Shown here: positions 26,770-38,353 of the stretch, piece after piece
How positions within the stretch are numbered: the stretch's first letter is position 1
How the letters are laid out: every line of letters begins with the position of its first letter
Source: Malacoraja senta
Lineage: Eukaryota
NCBI GenBank assembly: GCA_038087875.1
Contig: CM075989.1
Location: 16,244,001 to 16,308,000 of the forward strand
Length of the DNA stretch: 64,000 nucleotides
Direction: 5' to 3'
Translations under genes and position numbers: made by a program
Notes under the pieces: model-generated
Told to the model about the DNA's origin: nothing
What the model saw: only the letters and a program-made list of their open reading frames with translations
Databases searched by the model: none

Positions 26770-27806
26770 CATCCTCAAAACTGGCACCTTTCAAATTTGT
26801 GCGCTCAGTTCCCTGTTGTACTCCCTTGTACAGCCACGACTGCATGGCCAAATACATTGCCAACTTGATCTTTTGAGTTTGCTGATGACAGCACTGTTGT
26901 TGGTGAGACCGTATACAGAAGAGGAAACTTTTTGCCATAGCGTCAGAATAACAAACTAGCCCTTAAGGTGGTCCAGATCCAAGCGTTGTCTGCTCATCCC
27001 TTCACAGATGCAGCTTGACTTTGGTTTTCTGCAAAAGAGTTGCTTGCTGACCAAAGAAAGTGGGGATAGAGAGGGGAGAGTGAATACAATCCTGTCGTCG
27101 AAGGAGCTGCTAACGAGATGGTTGACAGCTTCACTTTCCTGGGCATCTATATCAGCAGCAAACCTAACCTGGTCCCTTCACACTGATGCAGTGATCAAGA
27201 AAGTGCATCAGTATATTGACAGTCATTTGAGAAGATTTCACATATCCAAAACGTTTCTCTCAAACTTCTAGATATTCTATAAAAATAATTCTGATGGGGC
27301 GAATCTCAGCCTGGATGGCAAATGCTTGGCGCTTATCCTCCTGAAGCTGCAAATAGTGGCGACACAGCTCAGGTCCAACACAGGCTCATTACTTTTCCAT
27401 CTTCGCTGTATTTTGGCATCAGGATTGCTGGAAGGATCGGCATGGATGCATGCCACCCTGGCCATTCTCTTTTCTCTTCTACTTACTGAGTAAAGATACA
27501 GGAGCCTGAAAGACCACATGTCCAGACTCAAAAACAGTTTCTTCCCTAGTTATCCAATTGCTTAAGAAATCACTCTTTCACAGGCCCTCCCGGAGGTGCA
27601 GTCACATACTCTTACTCATTCAGTTATTACGTTGTTGCACTTCATTTATTTTTGCATTGCTTCCATACAAATGATAATCTTTGTACCAATTTGCTGTTTT
27701 ATCTTCACCATTGCATTTATCATTATGTATAGTTTTCTCTATGGAGCTTCATGCAAACAAGGAATTTTATTGCACCAGATGTACATGACAATAAACTAAT
27801 CTGAAT
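26770..27806 (+). mobile_element. Rex/L2-type LINE remnant
   Basis: tttgctgatgacagc (FADD); tail gtacatgacaataaactaatctgaat; same family as 51150-52172. Confidence 0.7.
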
Positions 27807-27939
27807 TTGTAGCTTCTTTTATGATCATTCCAATTGTTTCTCTCCCTTATCGGGAAAAAAAGGTGTTATTCAAATCAATTACACACCAACCTCAGATTTC
27901 ATTTGATGCAGCCAAAAAAAATGTTAAGGCAGCACTCAC

Positions 27940-28080
27940 CGATCAAATGCAGACGACACCCTGTGGTCAAAATCATTGTAACGGTTTGTGTCTTGGCGAT
28001 TATATTCTGAACTTTGACTAAAACGGACATCATTGTCCATGGCCCTCCTTTTATGATCATTCCAATAGGGTTCATCACGC
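27940..28080 (-). CDS. SLTM: SLTM exon 17
   Basis: 141 nt, phase 2/2; RDEPYWNDHKRRAMDNDVRFSQSSEYNRQDTNRYNDFDHRVSSAFD. Confidence 0.93.
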
Positions 28081-28379
28081 CTACATTTTATGACATTGAA
28101 AGATTTTTAATCACCATGGATATTCTAGCTTGGAAACATTTCAAAAACATTTCTTTCCAAAAACTTAATCAAGCATTACAGTAGGCATATCATTAAATGC
28201 AGAGCTAATTTCTACATTTACATAATTTGCACGTTATGGCAGTGTTAAAAGGTGGAAGATTCTAATCATGAAATACGATCTACAGCTTACAACTTAACGA
28301 AATGCACTAAGATTTCCAGATTCGTATGGTTCCATTGTAGCTAGCAAAACAATAAGGAGAGGATACTAAAAGGAAAACA

Positions 28380-28872
28380 TAAGCAAAGTGGTGGAGGAAT
28401 TCAGCGGGTCAGGCAGCATCTCTTGCGTGAATGGGTCAGGCCTTTCTTCAGACTGCTGGGGGAATGGGAAAGAGAGAAAGCTGGGGGGAAAAATGTAGGG
28501 GTGGGGGAAAAGCCTGGCAAGTGATAAATGAATGATCGGCAGATGAACGGAGTAAGTGACAAAGGCTAGAGGTGAAATGGCGACAAAAGGAAAACAAAAT
28601 GGGTTCAGATTTGAGACATTGAGTACAGGAGGCAGAGGGTCATATGGCAACTTAAGAAATATTTTCAAAATGTCACAATGTGCTGGAGTAACTCAGTGGG
28701 TCAGATAGCATTTCTGGACGGGTGACTTTTCAGGTCACGATACTTTTTCAGAAGGGTCTGAACCCAAAAATTCACCTATCTGTGTTCCCCAGAGATGCTG
28801 CCTGACTCGCTGAATTACTCTAGCGATTTGTGCCGTTTGTTTGTAAACCAGCATCTATAGTTCCTTGTTTCT
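28380..28872. mobile_element. Penelope-like termini (tandem and inverted)
   Basis: ctcagtgggtcagatagcat...agagatgctgcctgactcgctgaattactctagc. Confidence 0.65.
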
Positions 28873-28884
28873 TTTGAAAACTTT

Positions 28885-29942
28885 AATTTGGCCACATTTG
28901 GAATATTGAGTGCAGTTTTGATTACGGAATTGCAGGGAGGATGTGGTCGCTTTGGAGAGGTGCAAAGTTTATCAAGCTACTGTCTGGATTAGACAGTATT
29001 AGCTATAAGCAGCAGCTGGACAAACTTGGATTATTTTCTCTGGCAAAGGAAAAGGCTGAGGGAAACCTGATATATTTATAGTGATTGGAGACATAGATAA
29101 AGTAGACAGTCAGAACATTTACCACAGTATGGAAATGTTAGACTAGAGTGCATAGCTTTAAGGGGCTGTCCCACTGCGGTGACCTAATCTGCGAGTTCTG
29201 GCGAGTTTGCCCTTGACTCATACTCGCAGCATGGTCGACACGAGGTCCTAGGAGGTCTTTGTAACTCTCCTTCATGCTCGAGAGTAGTCCCCGCGTACTC
29301 GAGGCCTCAGCTAGGTCGCGGCGTATTTTTCAACATGTTGAAAAATGCCCGCGAGTAAAAAAAGGTCGCCATGGAAAAAAAAATAGATACTTTTTTACTC
29401 GTTGGTCGGCATGTTATTCGTAGGTAATCGAAGGTAGTCGAAGGTAATTGAAAGTAGTCGAAGGTAGTCTTCAACATAGTCGAAGGGAGGTCGAAGGAGA
29501 TCGACTTCACTCTCCACTATTCGGTGTCCAATTTTCCCGAAGCTAGTCGAAGCTAGTCTTCAACATAGGCGAGGGAGGTCGGAGGTCTTCTACAGTCGAA
29601 GGAGGTCTTCAACATGACATTTTTTCACACTCTCCAAAACTCTTCTAAACTCACCAATTAGGTCGCCGCAGTGGGACAGCCCCTTTAAGGTCAGAGTATT
29701 AAAGTTTAAAGGATATGTGTGGAACAAGTCTTTTTTTACCGAGTGGTAGCTGCCTGAAACGCACGGCCATGGGTTGTGGTGAAAGGATATGATAGTGGCA
29801 TTTAACAGGGTTTCAGATAGGCACATAAATATGCAGAGAATGGGGGAATATGGATCACAGGCAACAAGAGATAGGCACCATACTCAGTACAGACATCATG
29901 GGCCAAAGGGTCTGTTTCCGTGTTGCACTGTTTTACATTCTA
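28885..29942 (+). mobile_element. CR1 LINE 3' end with nested Harbinger MITE
   Basis: ggccacatttggaatattgagtgcagttttg...catagcttta|MITE|ttaaggtcagag...gggccaaagggtctgtttcc. Confidence 0.8.
29161..29684. mobile_element. PIF/Harbinger-type MITE
   Basis: TIR aggggctgtcccactgcggtgacctaat / attaggtcgccgcagtgggacagcccct; TTA TSD; internal ~10-nt tcgaaggtag repeats. Confidence 0.88.
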
Positions 29943-30510
29943 AACAAATGGGTCTTCATATTGCAATATGAGAATAAAGGATATTGCTAACAGCGATAAC
30001 ATCAGAGCTTGGGAATGAAATAAAGAAATAGCACCAATGTATTGAAATTGATAAGAAACTCCCAGTCCCAGCGGTGGCCATAAGGGAGAGCTGCCAAAAG
30101 GAGATCGTTGAGGCAGGTCCTATAATAACATTTAATAAGACATTTGGACAGTTACATGGATTGGAAAGGTTTAGAACCATACACAGGGAGGTTGTACTCA
30201 TGTAGATGGGGCATCTTGGTCGGTATGGGCAGGTTTGGCTGAAGGCTCTGTTTCCGTGCTGTGTGACACAAACAGATTTGACATCCTTTTCTGTAAATGA
30301 ATTTTTAATGAACAGAACACTGTATATGTTTAGAATAACTTACTTCCATAACCCAAACAAAACTAAGATAATATTACAGTATTATAATAATAAATCAACA
30401 AAGGGTGATCCACCAATGCACAATGTGATCAAATGCATGTTTCTTACTCAGAACCAGGATCTTTTATAAATCTAGAGTGATTATCCAGTAATTGTCATTT
30501 CAAAACGTAC

Positions 30511-30635
30511 CTACTGTCTACATCATGTGGCCTTTTTAAAGAATTTCTTCTTTCTTGTTCATACCGGAGTTGCTCTTGTTGCCTACGGAGTTCTTCACGT
30601 TCTCGGGCAATGCGCTCTATTTCCTTACGGCGTTC
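30511..30635 (-). CDS. SLTM: SLTM exon 16
   Basis: 125 nt, phase 0/2; [41 protein letters not shown]. Confidence 0.95.
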
Positions 30636-31024
30636 CTAAATAAAAATAAGGTTTTTTCCCCTGAACCATGATGATTCACTGAATTGTCAACAGATGGTTC
30701 TCCATCTTCAACCTACTGATATGAACCTACTGATATATATTTGAGGCATTAACCGACAGGAACACATTCATAAAGTAATAAGGTCTATCCCAACAGGGTC
30801 CAACACTACCAAAGCAGTCCTGAAATGTTAACTCTAACACACAGCAAATGAAATTATACTTTAAACTTTAGGTATTTGATAGCTATTAGATCGCACAGCA
30901 TCACAAAACCTCCATACCCAGAATAAATCTCATAACAATCACTTTACAGCTAGTAAATAAATAAATGTTAAATTAAATTTAGTTGCACATTGCATGTAAG
31001 ATTTATGCGCCGAATAAGATTCTA

Positions 31025-31820
31025 GGGGAGCTGCATTGAAGGTGCCTCTGCCTACAGCCTGTCCGTTTTTTCTTATCTTTTTTTATTTTAGTTTGTCTAA
31101 CAGTTTTGTTTTGGGGATTCTTTAGTTTTTCTATGTGGGGGAGGGGGGAGGGATAAGGGGGACGCTTCCTAGTCTATTTCTCCAAGTCGCGTCCTCGCCC
31201 CCCACCTCGCGGCCTACCACTGGATCGGAGCGGCCTTTCCTACCGGAGACCGGACCAGAGCTTCGGCAGCGGCTCTGAATTCACCGCGGAGCGGGGCGAT
31301 ACCTACCTGGATCGCCGTTTGAAGCTCCGGAGCGTTGGGCCCGCTGCTCCAACATCGCCGGGCTGGGGTTCGCGGAGCTCCCAGCGCGGGTGGCGCTGAC
31401 CAACATCGCGGAGTCCCTGGGGCCCTTTGCTGAGGACCGCCAGCGTGAATCTCCGCCCGGCGCGGCCTGGGGACGTCGGGAGCTGTGGAATCCGGTGGGA
31501 AGCGACCGTTTTGGAGGTCCAAGCCGCCGAGGTTGGCCTCCCGTTCCGACGTCGGATTTCCAACATCCCGGCGAGCGGGCCTGAGCGGCGGGCTGCCCAT
31601 AGCGGCGACTGCGGAGGGCTCCGGAGGCCCCGTCCACAGGTGAACATCAGAGGAAGATGACTGACGGGTGCCTTCCCTCAGTGGGAAACCTTTGATTCTG
31701 CTGTGTGGGGATGTTTTATGTTGAACTCTATCGTGTGTTGTGTTCTTTATTTTGTCTGGCTGTATGGTGATCACATTTCACTGTGCCAACTGGCACATGT
31801 GACAAATAAATGTATCTTGC
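31025..31820 (+). mobile_element. GC-rich non-coding retroelement with Rex/L2-type tail
   Basis: CpG-rich body; ends atttcactgtgccaactggcacatgtgacaaataaatgtatcttg; overlapping ORFs have no recognisable domain. Confidence 0.6.
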
Positions 31821-31846
31821 ATGAAGATCAGTACGCACATCACTTA

Positions 31847-32430
31847 AAGGCCTGTCTCACGAGTCTGCGGTCATTGGCGGCGAAATAGGAAGAATCTACC
31901 GCTCCTGGGCCGCCATAGACCGCGCACTCGGTCAAACGCCCACCGCCGGGGCCGTGCGGCGTTGTTCCCAACACCGCACGGTGCTAAAAAAACCCCAACA
32001 CTGTTCAAAAATATTTTCCTACCGCACAGCCGCCGCCAGTGATGCACGAGTGCAGCACGGTCGCCGACACAGCCGCCGCCAGTGTGGCACGAGCACCGTG
32101 AGTAGAACCTTCACCGCCACAGCCTCCGCCAGTGAGGCACGTGTGCGGCACGGCCGCCGGCACAGCCGCCGCCACAGCACCGCAATCAGCACTGCCGCCG
32201 CCACAGCCCCGCAGATCCGAAATGACGTCATCGCAGTCAGCCCGCCCTTTTTTTTTTTACTTACAGCAAGCTCGTGGGACCAGCCGTACTTAAATCACTC
32301 GGCCCCCGCGCAGCATCCGTGCGGCGCTCCCGTGGCATAGGCTCGGCGCTCTCGCCGTTGCCGTGCGGTCCCCTCTACCAGCGACGCCGCGCTTCACCGC
32401 CGATGACCGCAACACCGTGAGACAGAGCCT
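31847..32430. mobile_element. PIF/Harbinger-type MITE, GC-rich
   Basis: TTA|aaggcctgtctcacg ... cgtgagacagagcct|TTA; internal cacagccgccgcca repeats. Confidence 0.75.
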
Positions 32431-32840
32431 TTAGGCTGAACCTCTTTGCTTATGAAACTCCCAATATGGCTTGCCATTTTTCAAGTGGGTAAAGAAAACA
32501 CTTTACGCAAAAAGGTATTAAGGACTGTCCATGCCAGTGTAAAAATTCTAAATTCTAAAAATTTGGAACCCACAGCTATTTGGAAACACATTATCGTTAA
32601 AGGAAGTGCAAGAAGCTAGTTGCACTTGGATTTTTCTTGTCAGTTTCTCATCAAAAGAAGCACTGAATTTTTTTTCCCCCATGACTCTCAACCACCTATT
32701 CAGCCTACATGATTTTGATAGTATAGCAAACCTTGAGATTAACAGAACACATAAAGGCTTGCTCCACCACAAACTACTAAATCAAATGTTGCCCAAAAAT
32801 GAGTGTTCATATCGAAAGATATTATGAAGAAACTATTTAC

Positions 32841-33021
32841 CTGTTCTATACGTATGCGTTCTCTTTCTAATCGTTCACGTTCCATTCTTTCCCTTTCAAG
32901 CTTTTGTTTCTCAATTTCTAATCGCTCTCTCTCTCGCTGCAACCGATCACGTTCCTCACGTTCACGAATCATACGAATGCGTTCTCGCTCACGTCGCTGT
33001 CTTTCAGCTATTTCGCGACAC
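32841..33021 (-). CDS. SLTM: SLTM exon 15 (Arg/Glu-rich coiled coil)
   Basis: 181 nt, phase 2/0; CREIAERQRRERERIRMIREREERDRLQRERERLEIEKQKLERERMERERLERERIRIEQ. Confidence 0.96.
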
Positions 33022-33519
33022 CTTGTTAACAAAAATTATGTTTGTTGACTGTATATATTGCTCCTGCCAAATAAAACTACATTTTTTCAAGTCTGCATGG
33101 TATTCAAAAATAGTTATAAGTAGCTTGCCAATTACTAATCTGTTTATGTAGAGCAAGAGAAAATGTAAAACTTTTTGGCATCTATATTTAAAAGTCACAA
33201 AATGTTGCACATGTCCATGACCTCCTGAATCAAATCCTGATTTTCATAGATTTTGGACTGGTAGCCATGCCCCAGCTTAGCCCTCCACAACTTCTTGGAA
33301 CACTAGAAGATTTTAATACATAAAGTTTGGAAATGCAAAGAATGCTGGCCCAGAGGTTTACGGCACAAGAGATAGGAGTAAGAGAGCGAGGTTGGAAATT
33401 AGTTTTTTAAAATTGGTAGCACTAAGATCAGATTCTTACTGTCGAATCAATACAGGACTTGGATGTGAATGTCAGAGGAATGATAGGTTGAAATTACATG
33501 AGACTGGTGGTGATTATGG

Positions 33520-34278
33520 ACAGCGAGAAAGGTTGTTTAGGACTATTGCAAAGTATAGGTTAATGGAAAGTTGCACAGCGTGTTGGCAGATTGAATTTAG
33601 CCCTGATGAGTGCAAGGTGGTGCATTTTGGGAAGTCGTAAAGGGTTAAGACTTGTACAGTAAATGGTAGGGCATCAAAGATTGTTGATGAATGAAGGGAC
33701 TTTAGGGTTCAAGTCCATAATTCTAAGAGTGAAGAAAGTAAAATTGTAGAAAGAATGGTAAAGAAGTCACATAGTTTGCTTGCCTTCATAATATACAAAA
33801 TATCAAAGCTGTGACATTATATTTTGCTTCAACTTAAAACACTGGTTAGACCCCATTTGGGAGTATTCTGTGCAGATCTGGACAGAGTGCAGAGGCAATT
33901 CACCAGGATGTTGCTTGATGGAGGAATTTTGTAAGGGGGAGAGACTGGGTATGATGGGTTTGTTTTTCCCGAATCAAAGGAGGCCGTGGGGTGACCTGAA
34001 AGAATAATGCAGGTTTATAATTGTATAAGTATCTTTTTCCCATGCTAGGGTATTAAAAAAAAGGCATAGGTTTTGTGTGATTGTAGAAAAAAGGCATAGG
34101 TTTTGTGAGTGTAGAATCGGATGCAATCACCTGGTTTAAGAGACAGTTGGAAAGGCACGAATAGACTGAGCAAAGAAGCACAAATGAGGGAAAATGGGAT
34201 GAGTGCAGATAGGTGCAAAGGTTGGCATGGACATGATCAGCCAAAGGGCCTGTTTCTCTGCTGTACAACCGATTCTAA
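33520..34278 (+). mobile_element. Old CR1 LINE 3' portion
   Basis: WQIEFSPDECKVVHFG; tail agccaaagggcctgtttctctgctgtac; 30-bp tandem duplication at 34058-34117. Confidence 0.75.
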
Positions 34279-34776
34279 ACCTGCGTGGATTAAATTATAC
34301 TATGTGCCAGTGTTCGGTCTCCAATATGAAAAGGTTGATTTCAGGAATCCCAAAGCACTTCTTCCAGTCAATTAAGTTACTTTTAAAATGTTGTCACTGT
34401 TGCCATTGCAGGAAACAAAGTAACTTATTTGCACACATGCAATTTCTAGAATGAAGCTGATGACAATTTTTAAAAGTTATTTAACCAAGACAAATGTGCT
34501 ACATTGTCATGCAAATATTACCATGGGATCCACCTTTAATAACCCATGCATCCTAGGCAATGCAACATTCCCCCAGCATATGAGAACATTAATGCTAAAT
34601 GTTTTCTTAACTCTTCTGAATGGGGCTTGGAACCCAATTTAGTTATGGGAGAACAACCATGGCTCATACCATTAGAGATTAACTGAAGAATGACAATACA
34701 AACAGTCCAAATCAATGCACATTTGTGACATTGTCTATTTTACATTTCCTCTTATGAGTTGTAAAGTCCCACACAC

Positions 34777-34931
34777 CTTCTTAATTCTATTGCACGCCGA
34801 ATGCGCTCCACTCGGATTAAACGCTCACGAGTTTTTTGTTGTTTTATTTTCTCAAATGACAGAATATCCTTTCTATCCTTGAAGTTTAGTTTAGTTACAA
34901 CACGTTTTTCTCTACTTCTGGAACTTGATGC
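34777..34931 (-). CDS. SLTM: SLTM exon 14
   Basis: 155 nt, phase 0/2; ...KDILSFEKIKQQKTRERLIRVERIRRAIELR. Confidence 0.93.
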
Positions 34932-35654
34932 CTGTAAAGTGTTAACAAAGACATTTGTTAATCACTAAAAATGTCAATGATGATTTTCTTAATGTGTCTT
35001 CCTATTCTATCGATAACTCAAGGCAACGTAGTCAACAAATATTCAAGGTTAGAATTAAAAAATATTTGAGTATGATCCAAATGTTGGATGATTCAGTTGT
35101 TTCAAATATGGTTGTCAAAAACAAGTTTCAAAAATCAATTCCTAATACTTTTATGAAAAATTCAGAAGTGCCTTTCTCGAACATGAAACAAAGTTAAATG
35201 TCTCTATATTTTCATCTCTTTTTTTGTTATGTTTATAGCTGGAAATGCCTCAAGCTTCTTCCAAGGCAAACAAAATAGACAGATTGCAATAAAGAGGAGC
35301 TTGTTATTCCCCCTTCTCATCATTCCATTCCTGTGAAATTAGCATCAAGGACTTTTGGAATTAAGTGGAAAAGTAAACAGTATTTGGTGCTTTCATCATG
35401 GAAAACTATCAGCAGACTACAATGGCACAGGACAATATCATCAAGCACTTACTGAAGACTTCTAACAGACAATAAGCCAGGAATAAATGGTGAGATTCGA
35501 CAGCTAAGAGCACTAAGTAAAAGTTTCAATGTGCACATAATCTTCCTGTGGTGTTTGAAATATCGGCTGCAAAAATATTAATTAAATTTCAAAGCCTTTT
35601 TTAGAGCAAATTAAAATAATTCTGTGTATGCGATTGAAAGTTATTTTTTAAGAC

Positions 35655-36005
35655 AAAGTTAAGTGTTTAATTATCATGTGTACCAGCAATATAATAATGG
35701 CATTCTTACTTGCTGCAGCATTACAAGCCCATTAATGTAATAACAAAAATAAATATACACAAATGAAAATTACAACAAATAATCAGTAATACAAAATAAC
35801 TAAACCATAAACAAAAGTACGCAGTGCAACCAAAACAAAGTTGCTGCAGTTGGGTTGTGATTGATGTTGTGCCTTGTTCAGGAGCCTGATGTATGCTGGG
35901 AAGAAGCCGTTCATGAAACTGGAGTAAATGGTTTCAGGCTCCTGTACCTTCTCCCCGATGATGGTAGGGAGATGACACCCAGGGTGGTTTGGGTCTTTAA
36001 TGTTA
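35655..36005 (-). mobile_element. Rex/L2-type LINE tail
   Basis: attcttacttgctgcagc...ttcaggagcctgat...ggtttcaggctcctgtaccttctccccgatg. Confidence 0.65.
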
Positions 36006-36016
36006 TCAGCGCCTCA

Positions 36017-36822
36017 TATAGAAATATAGAAAATAGGTGCAGGAGTAGGCCATTCGGCCCATTCAATATGATCATGGCTGATCATCCAACTCAGTATCCT
36101 GTACCTGCCTTCTCTCCATACCCCGTGATCCCTTTAGCCACAAGGGCCACATCTAACTCCCTCTTAAATATAGCCAATGAACTGGCCTCAGCTACCTTAT
36201 GTGGTAGAGAGGTCCAGAGATTCACCACTCTGTGTGAAAAATGTTTTTCTCATCTCGGTCCTAAAGGATTTCCCCATTATCCTTAAACTGTGACCCCTTG
36301 TCCTGGACTTCCCCAACATCGGGAACAATCTTCCTGCATCTAGCCTGTCCAACCCCTGAAGAATTTTGTACGTTTCTATAAGATCCCCCCTCAATCTTCT
36401 AAATTCTAGCGAGTACAAGCCAAGTCTATCCAGTCTTTCTTCATATGAAAGTCCTGACATCCCAGGAATCAGTCTGGTGAACCTTCTCTGTACTCCCTCT
36501 ATGGCAAGAATGTCTTTCCTCAGATTTGGAGACCAAAACTGTACGCAATACTCCAGGTGTGGTCTCACCAAGACCCTGTACAACTGCAGTAGAACCTCCC
36601 TGCTCCTATACTCAAATCCTTTTGCTATGAATGCTAACATACCATTCGCTTTCTTCACTGCCTGCTGCACCTGCATGCCTACTTTCAATGACTGGTGTAC
36701 CATGACACCCAGGTCTCGTTACATCTCCCCTTTTCCTAATCGGCCACCATTTAGATAATAGTCTACTTTCCTGTTTTTGCCACCAAAGTGGATAACCTCA
36801 CATTTATCCACATTATACTCCA
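36017..36822 (-). mobile_element. Young CR1 LINE 3' end
   Basis: ORF 36197-36703 QVQQAVKKANGMLAFI...LVRPHLEYCVQFWSP... Confidence 0.93.
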
Positions 36823-37104
36823 CATATAGATCCCTTGTCACTATCAGTTTGACTGTCCGTTGTAATAGAACCAAACACAGGAGGTTCAGCATAATTACAA
36901 CAGAAAAATCCCGTTTATGTGTTGATAATCACAGGTTCATGGCTATCTTTCATAGTGTGTTTTGAGAAAGTTAATGTAAAAATGTTTTGATACGAAACAA
37001 ACTCGCCAAACATTTGGATTGTACAAATACTGTGAAAAGATGTAAAATAAGAAAGATAATATACATTAGGTCTACTATGTGCTTTGCCCGCCATAAATGG
37101 TTAC

Positions 37105-37196
37105 CTGATCACTTTTGGCTTTTGCAGTTTTTACGCTAACAACTGGTTCACCTTTAGCCATGTCAATAACCACCATCCGATGAGGACTCTTCACAT
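37105..37196 (-). CDS. SLTM: SLTM exon 13
   Basis: 92 nt, phase 1/0; VKSPHRMVVIDMAKGEPVVSVKTAKAKSDQ. Confidence 0.92.
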
Positions 37197-37534
37197 CTAA
37201 AATAAAAATCAAGTAAAGTTTATGAAATAGACGGCCATCAAACGCAATCACCATTGGATCCCATTGCTCCCCTGACACCTCCAGGCTGGGGCCAGTGACG
37301 TCACTGGGTCCCGTTGCCCTTCCCCTGCTACTGCCCCAGCCACATTCCCTGTGCCTCACTCGAACATCACCCTGCACTCCTCTGAGGCCTCTTCCTCCCA
37401 CCTTGGCACCCTCCCTCCTCAGATTTTGTGTCCGACATCATCTCCAACCCGTGCTGTCTCTTCACAATTCCACCCAACCTCCCCTTCTCTGATACGCAGT
37501 GGTCTAGCCTCAGCAGCCCCCTGCGCACACAACT

Positions 37535-37673
37535 TCTTCTTCTTGCGTATGGCGTTCACAGCCTATAGTTGTAGGACAACTTGTTCTATTTGATCTTATT
37601 TGATTGTGCACACCACGTTGATTGCATTCGTCGAAACAGGGCGGACCACGTGAAGGTTGCAATCTCCCACCCC
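37535..37673 (-). mobile_element. ~139-bp non-autonomous retroelement with ribozyme head and (AAG)n tail
   Basis: Flanked by 11-bp direct repeats cgcacacaact (37524-37534) and cgcacgcaact (37674-37684); minus strand ends ...ccatacgcaagaagaaga. Confidence 0.8.
37620..37673 (-). ncRNA. Minimal HDV-like (nested double pseudoknot) self-cleaving ribozyme motif, 54 nt
   Basis: GGGGUGG-GA-GAUUGCA-ACC-UUCACGU-GGU-CCGCCCU-G-UUUCGA-CGAA-UGCAAUC. P1 7 bp with G1-U wobble, P2 7 bp perfect, P3 3 bp, 7-nt L3 with U20/C22/C24/G25, P1.1 C-G, stub P4, J4/2 CGAA including the catalytic C. Confidence 0.88.
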
Positions 37674-38177
37674 CGCACGCAACTCAAGAATTTAAAATCC
37701 CACCATGATGTCAAATTCTTCTTCCATCACCTTAGCACCTAACCTATTACGTTGGCAAGGAATCCTTGAACCCCCCCTCCAACCCAATGTTTGACTCCAA
37801 CTTCCATCTCCAACATTCTGTCTCCTGGGTGCACTCTGCTAGTTTTCTATCCCATGTCATCTATTCTCTCCTTCACATGACTCAGCTGCCAATCAACTCC
37901 TTCTTACCTGGAGCCACCTTGCCCTAACTCTTGCCCCACCCCCTCAACTTTCTCAACATCATCCCTCCACTGATGTATCCGACCTCAAGATCCTACGGCA
38001 GTCCTTTTTTTTACTGTCATATTACTCAACAATTTAAAAAATATTTACTCTTTAAGATTTATGACAGGCAATAAGACAAAACAAGTGTTTCAACTCTGCA
38101 CATGACAAAAACTTTGCAACTTGTGACAATTTTTTTCCCAGTTTTAAGTATCTCGCACCATATTCAGTAATACATAC

Positions 38178-38353
38178 TCTTTCGCCTCTTCTCATCCATT
38201 TTTTTGGAATGTCCATGGTTAATGCTCTTTGAGCACTCCTTCTCATCCTTTTTACTTTCTGCTTTCTTTGTGGAGCCTGACCCATCCTTGTTCTCTTTTC
38301 TGTCCCCAGGTTTGTCAGTTTTCTTATCCTCTTTTTTGGAAGAAATTTGGCTC
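38178..38353 (-). CDS. SLTM: SLTM exon 12
   Basis: 176 nt, phase 2/1; SQISSKKEDKKTDKPGDRKENKDG...KKMDEKRRK. Confidence 0.9.

Larger units (their letters stand above)
37300..37990 (+). mobile_element. Degenerate Penelope-like ORF 5' region (host of the ribozyme element)
   Basis: C-rich; remnant peptides FTIPPNLPFSDTQ and HDVKFFFHHL resemble the PLE ORF N-terminus; sequence resumes across the TSD. Confidence 0.5.

Noticed and set aside
31214-32340. Overlapping 100-186 aa ORFs in GC-rich DNA
   Set aside because: They lie inside repeat elements, are open because of high GC, and show no recognisable domains.
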